Below, in pieces: positions 13,659 through 26,785 of a DNA stretch of 64,000 nucleotides. Position 1 is the first letter of the stretch; each line of letters starts with the position of its first letter. A program made the position numbers and the translations under genes. The notes beneath the pieces were generated by a model. That model made no database searches. It saw only the letters and a list, made by a program, of their open reading frames with translations, and had not been told where the DNA came from. The DNA comes from Malacoraja senta (Eukaryota), in the NCBI GenBank assembly GCA_038087875.1, contig CM075990.1:16556001-16620000 (forward strand). The letters run 5' to 3'.

Positions 13659-15039
13659 GAACACACTAGAACAGGAACAGAATTTTAAATGGAGATCGGT
13701 CTACTGACAAAAGTCCTGATGCAACATTCTAAAATCAACATCAGTTTTGTGACTACGTTCCTTCCTCAATAATATTATTATTGATTTGTAATTATTTGTC
13801 TTTTAGCATTGGACAGAGAGGAATTGGTATGTGGAGTGCAGTTTGTAATAGGAAAGAATAGAAATTTTGGAAATTCTGGGACTTTGGCTGTTTTGACAAT
13901 ATTCAACGGAGCAGAATTATTTTTTTCCTCACTAGAGGGCACAAGACCCAAACCAAAGTATGAAACTTCACGAGCACCACAGAACCCAATCCCTACTTTT
14001 AAAAATATCTTCATTTTAAACAGATGACTGGTACAAAATTCAACATGGCAAATTTTCCTTTAAAGGGACAAATGCCAAATAGAGCTGCAGCATGCACATA
14101 GTGCGGTGTGCTCAGTCATTTAACCACAAACCGGAGTGGCAGCAACCCCTAGTCTTTACCTTGTGGAACCACTTGAGAGAGAATGTACATACCACCAAAG
14201 GGTGTGGCCCCAAGATTTGAAGTGTGCTATGTAAATAATAACGCAATAAATTTATTCCTTTGAATATTTTTGATCCTTGATATTTTTAAGGCAGAGATAG
14301 ATAGATTCTTGATTAGTACTGGTTTCAAAGGTTTTGGGCAGAAGGCAGGAGAATGGGATTAAGAGGGAGAGGTAGATCAGCCATGATTGAATGGCAGAGT
14401 AGATTTGATGGGCTGAATGGCCTAATTCTGCTCCTATTACTTATGACCTTAAATGCATACAATTAACAGCATTTTTTTCAGTGAATTGTACCGGCTGATT
14501 GTTCAAGTTCAAATTTATTGTCACTTAACCAATTAAGGTACAGTGAAATTTGAGTTACCGTACAGCCATACTAAGTGAAAAGAAAACAATACACACATAA
14601 AATAAAATTTAACATAAACATCCTCCACAGCGGAATCAACATTCCTCAGTCAATAAAGTTCAGTCATCTTCCTCCTTTGTTCACCAGGCGGGGCCTTTGA
14701 ACCCTCTGCAGTTCGCCGCTACAGACGGTCCGATGTTCAGGCCCTCTCGTCTGGATGATCGAAACTCCGACGTCCGGACGGATCGGAACCCTCCGCGGCA
14801 TGGAGTTCCCGAGTCGGCCGCTTCTTACCGGAGACCTTCACGGTGTTAAAAGTCCACAGGCCCTGCGGTCGGAGCACTTCTTCTGGCGATCCTCGGCAAA
14901 GGATCGCAGCTCCGCGATGTTAAAGTCCGTGCCGCGCCTGCCGCTTGAAAATCCAGGCCGGTCTCCAGGAAAGGCCGCAGCAGTCCAGTCGTTAGGCCGC
15001 GGGGGGGGAGGGGGGGGGGCGGAGATGTGACACTGAGAA

Positions 15040-16051
15040 TAGGTATGTTACAATACAGTTCTGCCACTGGCCGTGTGCGCGACTTTGAGGGGGTGGGGAA
15101 TTCAAATGCTGTTTTCTCCTCCCTGTCCGAGATATATTTTCTCGGGCTGTTAGCTGATGCTGAAAAATAGTTCCGACTTGCGTTCTCGGAAGTTTAAAAA
15201 AAATTCCTGGACAATTTAATCGCTGGAGTAATATAAAAATACGACTTCTAACGCCCTCAACGCCGACAACGGGACGGATCTCACGTAGGGGACAAAACAT
15301 AAGGTAAGTCGTTTATTTTACATATAAACTTGCTTCTTAGGATGACTTTAATCAAAATTTCCTAGGCGAAAATGTGATTATGGCCCCATACGAACCGGCA
15401 GTGTTTTTCCTGCCGATATGGGGTTCAAATTCACTGCAACCGCAACGTTCCAATCAATTGCGTTCCACAAAAACCCACTCGCAAGATGATTTAAATGGCC
15501 ATTAATTTACGGGAATTAAACATTAAATTCCTTCCATTTGGCCTATAAATTCATGACAATGAGATTTAAAAATCATGTTATATTGTGAATTCTTGTGTGA
15601 ATGTTATTTGGACACTTAGGCTATTTAAAAATGTTAATCTTTTCTTAAGAAATGGATAGATGTTTAGATGTAGTAATTGAATTTTGTAATTAGCTACAAT
15701 TAGGTAACTAACTAATTATATGCTTTAAATTCAGGTCATCCAAGTAAGATTGTTTCATATCTGTTTCAGAATGCTTCAATCAATAATAACTGAAAATGTC
15801 TTTCAGTTCTCTTAATTTTTAAGAAAGTTATGGGCTTTTGACTGTCCTCGATCACTGCTTTTGTGTTAAGTCAATGGAAAAGCAATAGGGAACAAGATGC
15901 TAATTTCCGAGTATGAAAATGGCCATATCTTTTTTAATACTGAAGATATGAAAGTGAATTAGGTGTCAAATTAAACTTATTTTTATGCTTTATCTGATGG
16001 GATAAATTGCAGACTTGATTTTTAAAACCTCAAAATTTTGTAACATTGCTA
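15040..16051. mobile_element. Non-autonomous DNA transposon with 14-bp TIRs and 7-bp TSD, nested in another repeat (about 14500-16245)
   Basis: TAGGTATGTTACAA..TTGTAACATTGCTA; CTGAGAA at 15033-15039 and 16052-16058. Confidence 0.75.
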
Positions 16052-19000
16052 CTGAGAAAGTCGCATCTCCGTCGAGGTAAGTGACTGAAAAAACGTTTAC
16101 CCCTATCCCCCAACCCCCCCTCCCCACACATAAACTAACCAAGAAACATTGAAACACACATTTAAAACACACTTAAAGTAATAAAAACAGAGAAGGGACG
16201 TGACAGATTGCTGGTGAGACAGCCATTGCTGTCGCCACCCGGTGGATTGTTGCAGTTTTAAGACTTTTGCAAGCATGTGGGTGCACTTGAAAAATGTTTA
16301 AACATTCTGTGCAGGGAAATATCATCTTATATTCCCTAGGGAAAATCAGTTGTTATCACTAATATAATTGTCATGTCTATTGCTGAGCTATACTCAACAT
16401 TCCTGGCTCGAAGGGCCGAATGGCCTCCTGCTGCACCTATTTTCCATGTTTCCTAAAATAAATACAAACCATAAGGATTGTTCAAATAATCACAACTATA
16501 AATAATGAAAATCAACTGGAAACTGTTTGAAGTTAAGCAGTAAATGGGAAGATAATAAAGATAAAATTCATCTTTTACACATATGCACTGTTCAGATTCC
16601 AATATCCAACGTACTTTGCAATATCTTCTCATTACAAGTGGAGAAATCCCACTTTCAGTGATAAGATTAATAAATTCATTAGTTCTAGTGTCCATCGAGC
16701 ATTTACTGACACTAACCAACCAACAGTCACAGAAAGTGACAAATTAAATACTCTATTGGGTCATTCATAACTTGTGTAAAAATACTTAATGTTCTTCTTG
16801 TGAGAAAGAGTAACAGCTGCTGATTTCATGCTCCATCTCTGCACCTTGCCTAATTAGCTGTCAGTCTACTTCAATCTCATAAAAACATAAAATGTATACT
16901 TGAGGTGATAGAGTGCTCAGCTTCATCAACATTATGATGAGCTCTGTTGCAGACTGTGCATTCTCTTTCACTGCACATCTTAGTAAAATGAGAGAGATAA
17001 AACACACAAAATGGTTCATCCCCCCAGACGATATTAATGATGATTATGTACTGGTATTTTCATATTTGCAAAAGCTTTTCACCGTACCTCAGGAGGGGGG
17101 AGCAGAGATGGGGGAACAGAAAATGTTTCAGATATATTATTAAAATCTGAACTGGTAATAAAAAGAAATGAAACATGTTTAAAGTTATTGCGACAAAGGA
17201 GGGTGAGAGAGCCACAGGGAATATCTGTATCGGGCAAAGATATGAATGGTGGTGGTGCCAGGTGAAAGTGGGTGATAAAAGGGTGGTACATGTTTTGGAA
17301 GTAATGCATTTCCCCACCATCTCTGTCTCTGTCTATCGCTAAACTTTCCCATCAGCTAATATTAAGTCTGCTTCTCGTCACGGATGCAGGCAAACTTGTT
17401 AAGCATTCCTACTATATTTTTATTTAAACACTTAAAAGTTAGTGCTCCAATGGAGTTTGTGCTCCAGTTCTTAAGGAATTGTTTGACAATACCATCTTAC
17501 AAATAAATGGCTGCAACTTAAAATAGAAATTCATTAATAAAGTTTTCCCCATGTGTGCTTCAACAAAGTATATCAAAGATGTATCTTGCCCTCTGCAAAA
17601 TACCATTAATTTTTCAGCCACATACAGAACACCTTTCATGGATGTGGCAACACAAATTACAAAAAGCAATCAAAGTTCAAATTAAAATGGGTGAGATTCG
17701 CTTACAAAGCTGCATCTCTGGGATATCTTGTGAATTTATTTTTCTTGGCACTTTCAGATTGCTAATTAACCTTACCAGCTGCAATGTTAATGGACTGTTG
17801 TTGTCAGAGTGACGAAGTGTGCGCTATGTAAGTGTCCATCTCAATTCAATTTATTGGCATATATCGGATTCCATGCTTGCGTTTGAGTTTCATATTGGCA
17901 ATAGTGTCAGTCTCTTTTTAAAGAAGTGTTGGTATAATGATATACTTTGCTTGCAACATGTCATCGCATACAGATGCCTTTTTAAAAATGATATTAAAAA
18001 ATGTATATATATATATATATACATACACACACACACGCACTGAACTTTATTTTATTATTTATTATATTGTTTTGTTGTGCTGCTGCAAGTAAGAATTTAA
18101 TTGTTCCATCGGGAACATATGACAATAAAACCCTCTTGATTCCAACATTTCAAAAATGATTTTTATACTTGGGGTGCAAGTTCACAGTTCCCTGAAAATG
18201 GCAACACAAGTAGATTGGTAGCACGCCCCATGCTACCCTTCAGCAGTCAAGATATAAACATTGAGAAGTCATGTTGCAGCTGTATAAAGTGTTGGTTCGG
18301 CCACATTTGGAATATTGTGCATAGTTCTGCTTACCATACTATTTGCCATTCCGACAAACTTGGTAGCCATGCTTTAAATACCTTTGCAACAGATGAATGA
18401 TGGCGGAGGGAAGATGGTGATGAGCATGGCAGAAATAGCTTGGATGCACAACTAAAATGGACATGGATTTAAGGCCACAGAGGGAGAATGCTTATGGTAG
18501 ACGCATTTTTTTGGGTTTAAACAGAGTGGTAGGTGCTTGGAACATGCTTTCTGGAGAGATGGTAGAAGCAGATACAAAAGCAACATTTAAGAGGCACTTA
18601 GCCAAGCAAATTTTCTTTTCTTTTTGCCCCCGCAAAGAATGATATTTTCAGCGAAGATTCTTCAGAGTTAAAGAAAAAGTTTTGAACATCAAGGATCTAT
18701 CTCATGGGACAAAATCTTGCTTCACCACATTCAAGATAAGAGTGCTGCCACAATTTTAATTGGTGGAAATCTGTTTCAAAACATATTTCTTTAATTTCCC
18801 GTGAAAAAGATTGTAAATACAAGACTGGAGGCAAAAACGGAAAAATACTTATCACTGGACTACATTACCCTAGATTGGAAGTTAGAAACCTGAAATGGCA
18901 TCTCTGCTTTCTTCCTCATCATTGTTGCAGTCTGACCTGCTGAGTATTCTAGTCTTTTCAATGATTAATTCAAATAGGTCAATTCTCTCATGGGTAGTTT

Positions 19001-22000
19001 GTTGAAACGATGAAAAGAAAAGAGTGTTAAAAAAAACAACATGATCTTCAGAAGCCACTTTGGCGAGTCTGGGAGAGAACTATCATCCATCAGACAAGTC
19101 AGGCATTAGGCTCAAAAGTAGCATGGTCTGTAAAAAGATGGTGGCCTGGATTGGCATTCAAATTAAAAGGTTACGGGTGAATTTTCCATAGAGACAATTT
19201 AGAAAGATTTTTGTTTGATACCAACCAGCTCTATTTCAATATAGCTTGTGTGTATATTTGTAAACCATAATTTTGATCTCCAAATGGAGATGGAAGAAGC
19301 ATCTTCTCCTCCACTTGAAAAATACAAGAAAAGTCACTTCTGATTGTAGTGTTAGATTTTTTTAAAAGACTTCCCACTATTGCAAACATTGCTTTTGATT
19401 GTACAAACCTTCAGGCAGACAGTAACTTAAAATAATTCAATGAAAATATTTGTATTTTAGCCAGTGCAGATTAATAGAAATGCTGGGTCCTGTCACAGGG
19501 CATCACTCAGAATAAACATTACAGACGTGAGATTCAGCCAAAGAAAAAGTAGACTGCAGGCAATGATGATATAATGCACATTAAAGTCAGATTCGGTTAG
19601 TCATTTAAAAAATAATATTTTGAGGTTAGTTTTCCATGCTTTCAATTTTCTGTGGCCAATTAACCTACAAACCTGCACGTCCCTGAGATGTTGGAGCAAA
19701 CTGGAGCACCTGGAGAATACCCATGTACAAACTCCGTACAGACAGCACCCATTGCCAGGATCAAACCCGAGTCTCTGGCATTGTAAGGCAGCAATGCTAC
19801 TGCTGCGCCACTGTGGGTGAATGAGTACTTTGCATTCATCTTCATCCAAAGGAGGGAGCTTCTAAAGTAATAGTGAAGGAGATAGTTGAGACAGTTAAAA
19901 ATTGAACATTTATACTGATGAAGTTGGCTAAGTCACGTCAATAGGATAAGAAGGGATGGAATGCATCCTAGAACTTTAAGGGGAGTATGGAGTAAATCAT
20001 CGGGCACTGATTATAATCTTCCATGGAAAAGGAGTGGTACCAGAGAGCTGGAGAATACAAGTGTAACTCTCTTGCTGAAAAAAGGCCAAACTACAATTTA
20101 ACTTTGATATTGGGAAAGCATTTAGATGCATCAGTCTGGGGCAGAATTAAGGAGGAAAAAGAATTAAGGAAAGCCAGCAGAGTTTTGTTTAGCACAAATT
20201 TTATTTAATCAATTTATTATTTTTGATGAGGCAATAAAGTTGAAGAGGTCAATGCAATTGATGTTGTGTATATGGAATACCAGAAGGCTTTTGACAACGT
20301 GCCATATAACAGGCTTATCAGCAAAGTTGAAAGGGGCATTAAAAGGGACATTGAGTGCATGAAAGTGAGCTTAGCTTAAGTAACTGGTTACAGAGGATGA
20401 TGGTGAATGGGTGTTGTTTTATGGACCCTAGGTAAGGTGGACTGGTGCTCCCCAAGGATAGCTTTTTCTGATGTACATTAAGTGACCTAGATTTGGGAGT
20501 GCATTGTACAATTTCTACATTTTCTGAAGACACAAAACTTGTGAACTGCAAATAGGACATAAACAGGCAAGTAGAATAAGCACAAAAGACAAAGCATTGG
20601 AGTAACTCGCGGGTCAGGAGACATCTCTGCAGAACGTTTCGAGTTGGGACCCTTCTTCAGACTGATTGGGATGATGGAGGGGAAGGAAGCTGGAAAGGAG
20701 TCTCCTTCAATATTACATTAGCAGTTCCCTATTTTGGAATGGGAGGGACCTGTCGGGCCATGGCCCGGCAACAGGACAAGTCCGCTCGCCTTGGAACCAG
20801 TAAGATTTAGTTTCAGAAACAGTACAGCTATGTGTACGCAGTTTAAATTTGATTTGAATTTTTATTAAAACTGAAACGAATAGCCTGATTTCTTGCATAA
20901 AATTTTACTGCAAACTAATTTCAATTCACCGGAAAAACATGAAATACCTTGCCAGAAAACCTTATTCAGATGCAGTAAAATACGTGGCCATCCCCTCTGT
21001 CAATATACTTAGAGGTAGGAAAAAAAACCTGAGGGAAGGTTATCTTGAATCTTATGTTCACGGCTAATTAGAGTTGTATAAAAAATCACATTCGGCTTAC
21101 CCGATAACATTTAATTAAATGCATGGTTATTTAATTTAATAGTAAGTTTGTAAACCCATTAATATTGCTCTTTTCAATTTGCAAATTAAATCAGTTTTTG
21201 AACTCATTTCACATGGCAGATATTTGATAGAAATCTTAAAGTATTTGATTATAGAGTAATATCTGAAACTCCCTTCTGGCAAGTGGTTTTCTAACTACAT
21301 CCCCCTGCAGCAAGGAAAGACATTTCTGCAGTATTAAAAACTATAGTACACATTAAAAACTAAATACAAGTTAAAAATGACATTAATTTATTGTAATTCC
21401 ATATAACCTTTAAAATTGTAAAATATCATTAACTTTGAGAATGTGGTAAATACTGAGATAAAACTTCACTTTCCTGATTATTGTATATAGAGGTACATCT
21501 AAACTTTTACATTGTCAACTGTTCTCCAGCATTTAAGAGAGCATGATAGTGCCTGCAGGGATGAGCTGCATGTCGACACTGCTTTTCCCTTAAATGGATC
21601 ACGACTAGGATTATACCTTCAATTCGCCATTTTGGCTTTCAGTTTACAATCGATAAAGTAGGAATGTGAAGCCCTTGGGTGCAAGATAGTAGGGAGGATA
21701 AATCTTGAAGCAATTGTGCATTTTGATCATAATATAGAATAAATTGACGATCAACTAATTAAAAGAAAAAAAATAATTTAAGGAGACAAAAAAGAGGAAT
21801 ATGTTGAGAAGATGAGATAAAGAGCAGAAGAGGCTCAAACAAAGCTTGAAGGAGGGGGGGGGGGTGGGGGAATCAATTGCCCAACTGAGACAGGTGGCGG
21901 TTAACCAAATAATTAAATAATAAGAGAATTATACTGAACTTCCATTTTAATTTCAGGTGCACGTTCCCGATGAATGCAACAAAGCACACACAAGTAAGCA

Positions 22001-23500
22001 GCAAAATCCTTTAAGCTTGCATCAACTTTAAAATGTTCTATCTATAATCCAATTACTTCCCCAACAGCTTGAAGATGTTTCTTTAAAAAAATAAAATACA
22101 CTTAGGAAATTAAATAACCATCTTAAATTTATACTTGGTGTAAAATGATAATAGACCATCTGCCTTTAATGGGGATTTTGACAATTTTAATAGTAGGCAA
22201 TGGAGATCGGTTTCTCTAGGGTTTGTGTACCTTCTGTTGCCTGACCTCCCCTTGCATTGCATCTCTATACAAAATACAGCAGAATCTTGATAAATGATAA
22301 GTGAAGTGGAAATTAACTATTCCTGGAGTAGAAAGAGAATGGTAATTGGATTCCGCACTAAGTTCTAAAGCAATATGCAAGCAAAGTTATGCTTGCCACA
22401 AAAACACAGCAGCTACTGGAAGCATCTCTAAAACTGAACTGCATTACAAAAATCAATATTTACATCAGAAGTGCACAGTAAATCTCACACCAAGTACAAT
22501 GTTGGTTTACGTTCTTTCACGTGACTGAATAGAAGAAATGGAAGTGGGCGTAGGCCATACTGCCCATCAAACCTTTAGATATTTTATGTCAGGACTACGT
22601 TTGAGCACTGGCTTTATTTCTCTTGATTTCCAGAAATCACAAGATCAAAGTTATTTAATAGAAACATATCCAAATCACCCAATAATGTGAATTAACATAA
22701 CGCAGCAAAATAAGCACTCTGAACTGAATATAAGGAGTATAACACATTGTTAGCTGGTCCTTGACATACTGGTCTTTTATTCATTATCAGAAGAGCCAAT
22801 TGAAAAAACAGTTTCATTGTTCCTTTCACGATGTGACAATAATACACACAAACCTAAAATACATTCCTTGGTCAAGATAAGAAAGAAGCAGTAGCCAAAA
22901 CGCTTCAGAACTCCTGCATTTCAATACATTATCAACATAATTTCCTCTTGCGAATCTAACACTAGTAACTCACTGCCTATACATGTCATCCCAAAACACA
23001 AGCTGATGTGTTGGTCTGGTGAGAGAGGGGGGTGGGGGGAGTCAATAATCCTACCCATTTCTTCTCCTCTTCATGAGCTGAAGATTTCTTAAAGTGCAAT
23101 TTTAAAATTAATTTAATATTTTGAATTTTTGGAAAAGTAATTAAGAGCTTCTTTGTAGCAAGAAGATTAAAGCCACTAAAATGTAACTGATTTTCATTAT
23201 AGACATCAACTGACATTACCAACTTATTTATTAAAATAAAGTGATTTAGGTTAGCCAATGCCATGCCAAATGGTAAATTGTTACAATAATTTTAAAACAA
23301 GTTGGAAGAGAACTTGTAACATTCTCCTTCACAACTTGTAACATTCTCCTTCACAACACACGATCTATGTTGCAATTTTTCAAAAGCAGCAACATTAAGG
23401 GCAAGTTGCATAAGTGGGACAGGCCCTCAATGCCAATGGTCAATTTGAAAAGTACGTACCCCGTTTCATATCCTTACAAACTCATCAGTATTTGTCTTAC

Positions 23501-23575
23501 CTCAGTGCAAAGGTAATTCAGGGTAGTGAAGTCCCATTTCTTTGCATATCCTGCATTGTACTTCAGTATTGCATC
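23501..23575 (-). CDS. PARG: PARG exon DAILKYNAGYAKKWDFTTLNYLCTE
   Basis: 75 nt, ttttcag/gtaaga. Matches human DAILKYNVAYSKKWDFTAL. Not in the ORF track; read by hand. Confidence 0.96.
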
Positions 23576-23719
23576 CTGAAAAATAAAATACAAGCAGTAA
23601 TTATTTAACTGGTTTCATTTGAAGAATACACTCATTACTTGGAGAGTTTGTTGCCAAACATCCTAAGAAAACTATTAAGGACAGAAACTTACTTAAATTC
23701 CGTAATGTCAAAAAAGACT

Positions 23720-26700
23720 TAAGTGACTCCTCCCATTTCCTCCAAATCCAAGGCGTAGCTATGGGCACGCGCATGGATCCCAGCTATGCCTGCCTCTTTG
23801 TAGGGTACGTCAAACAAACCTTGTTCGAAGCGTACCGTGGCCCTATCCCCGAACTCTACATCGACGACTGCATTGGTGTTATCTCCTGCACCCATGCAGA
23901 ACTCACTGACTTCATCCATTTCACCACGAACTTCCATCAGGCACTCAAATTCACCTGGACCATTTCCAACATCTCCCTACCATTTCTAGACCTCACTATC
24001 TCCATCGCAAGCAACAGATTTCTTTTTTTTTCTTTCTTTCTTTTATTAGAAGTACAAGAATATTGCACCAAGGTGCCTAATATATATTGACATGTTACAT
24101 TTTATGTAGAGCTTCTTTTTTTTTTTTAATAATAATAATGAAAAAGAAAAAGAAATAGATAAGAAAAGATAGAAAAACGTGTGATATATAGTGTGTGAAA
24201 AGGAGAAAAGGGTGAAAGAAGAAAAATGAAGAAAAGAAGATAGAAAGAGAAAGAGTAGAAAGTAAGAGATTAAGGAGATTGTTATCTATATTCTTGACCA
24301 TCCCTCACCCAATCCTGAAACAATTAGCTTCTACGATTTTGTTGCACCATATGCTTCCAAAAAATCGACAAATGGAGACCAACTCGTTAAGAATTGGTCT
24401 GATTTATCTATTAGGAGGAATCGCATTTCCTCAAGATGTGCGGTGTCCAACATGTTTGAAATCCACATGTTAAGCGTTGGTATGGGTGTATTTTTCCAAA
24501 ATTTAAGTATATGTTTTTTGCCGTTATTAACCCATAATTAAAAAATAAATTTTGAGATGAGTTCAATTTATTCCCATCTTCCATTACTCCAAATATAATC
24601 ATTTCAGTATTAGGTTCCATTTATATCTTGAATAATTTTGTAAATATTTCAAAAATATCACTCCAGAATTTATAAAGTTTTATGCAGGAAACAAAAGTGT
24701 GTGTTATAGTTGCATTTTGGGATAAACATTTATCATAAATGGGGGAAGTATTTGGATAGAATTTATTCAATCTAGTTTTTGAATAATATAATCTATGTAA
24801 AATTTTAAATTGAATTAAATTATGTCTTACATTAATCGAACATTTGTGCATATATATCAAATACTTTTCCCATGTTTCCTTCGTGATTTTTATCATTAAT
24901 TCTCGTTCCCACTCTTCTCTGTGCCTCTGTCGATGGTAGGTCTATATTTAAAATACTATTATATAAATATGATATAAATTTCTGTGAGTCAGCCTTAATA
25001 TTCATTGCTTCTTCCAGTGGATCTAAAGTTATGTTTTGATATCTTTGTATGTATTTCTTCATGAAGTCGCAAATCTGAAGATATTTAAAATATTGGTTAT
25101 TTTTCAGTTTAAATTTTAATTGTAATTGTTGGAATAATAGATTTCCCATTTCATACATATCACCGATCCTCTTAATTCCCATTCTTTCCCATTGATTATG
25201 TGTTTTATCAATAAGAGATGGTTTAAATAAAGGATTATTCACTATTGGCATTAACAATGATAGGTTTCTTAATTTTAAAGATAATTTTATTTGTTTCCAA
25301 ATTCTTATTGTATCGTATAATTGGGTTATTCCTATATATTGTGTTGTTCAGTTTTATCGGGGAGAAGAAGATCGCTCCTATGTTACAAGGAGAACAATCC
25401 TCTTTCTCCATTCTTATCCATTCTGTCTGTTGGGTAGAACTGTCCAACCAGTAAATTATATTCTTAATATGCACTGCCCAATAGTAATACAAAAAGTTTG
25501 GAAAGTCCCCCAACGTCTTTTCATTAACGCAAGTGTTTTCTTTGAATTCTGTGTGATCTATAATCCCAAATAAAATTGGTAATATTAGAGTCTAGTTTTT
25601 TTAATTAAAGTTTTTTGGTATATATAATGGTATAGATTGAAATAGGTATAATAATTGTGGTAACAGACTTCTGACCGACATCTACTATAAACCTACTGAC
25701 TCCCATGGCTATCTGGACTATGCTTCTTCCCACCCTGCCTCCTGTAAGGACTCTATCCCCTACTCCCAATTCCTCCGTCTACGCCGCATCTGCACCCAGG
25801 ATGAGGTGTTCCAAACCAGGGCATCGAAGATGTCCAAATTCTTCAGGGAACGGGGGTTCCCCTCTTCGACTATAGATGAGGCTCTCACCAGGGTCTCTTC
25901 TATACCCCGCAACTCTGCTCTCACTCCCCATCCCCCCCACTCGTAACATGGGCAGAGTCCTCCTTGTCCTCACCTTCCACCCTACCAGCCGTCACATACA
26001 ACAGATAATCCTCTGACATTTTCTCCACCTCCAACGGGATCACACCACCGGCTACATCTTCCCATCTCCTCCCCTTGCGGCTTTCCGCAGAGACTGCTCC
26101 CTCCGTAACTCCCTGGTCAATTCTTCCCTTCCAGCCCAAACCACCCCCTCCCTTGGTACTTTCCCTTGCAACCGCAGGAAATGCTACACTTGTCGCTTTA
26201 CCTCCCCCCTTGACTCCATGCTACACTTGTCGCTTTACCTCCCCCCTTGACATAAGCAGTCTTTCCAGGTGCGGCAGAGGTTCACCTGCACCTCCTCCAA
26301 CCTCATCTATTGCATCCGCTGCTCTAGGTGTCAACTGCTCTACATCAGTGAGACCAAGCGTAGGCTTGTCGATCGCTTCGCCCAACACCTCCGTTCAGTT
26401 CGCAATAACCAACCTGATCACCGGTGGCTCAGCACTTCAACTCCCCCTCCCATTCCGAATCCGACCTATCTGTCCTGGGCCACCTCCATGGCCAGAGTGA
26501 GTCCCACCGTAAATTGGAGGAGCAGCACCTCATATTTTGCTTGGGTAGTTTACACCCCAGCGGTAAGAAAATTGACCCCCAATTTCAAGTAGTCCTTGCT
26601 TTCTCCCTCTTTCCCCTCCCCTTCCCAGCTCACTGTCTCCGCCTCTTCCTTTCTTCTTCCCGCCCCCCCCCCCCCCCCATCCTCTCATCAGTCTGAAGAA

Positions 26701-26785
26701 GGGCCTTGTCCCGAAACGTCACCTATTCCTTCGCTCCATAGATGCTGCCTCACCCGCTGAGTTTCTCCAGCATTTCTGTCTACCT
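23720..26785 (+). mobile_element. Penelope-like element (RT + GIY-YIG remnants, 3' terminal repeat), interrupted by an L1-type insertion
   Basis: GVAMGTRMDPSYACLFVGY..YIDD (RT) and FTCTSSNLIYCIRCSRCQLLYISETKRRL (GIY-YIG). Terminal repeat with hammerhead core at 26693-26720. Confidence 0.88.
24019..25661 (-). mobile_element. 5'-truncated L1/Tx1-type LINE (ORF2 C-terminus and 3'UTR)
   Basis: PQLLYLFQSIP, YYWA and QFKILHRLYY..C..H..C zinc-knuckle region; A-rich tail. AACAGA is duplicated at 24013-24018 and 25662-25667. Confidence 0.85.
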
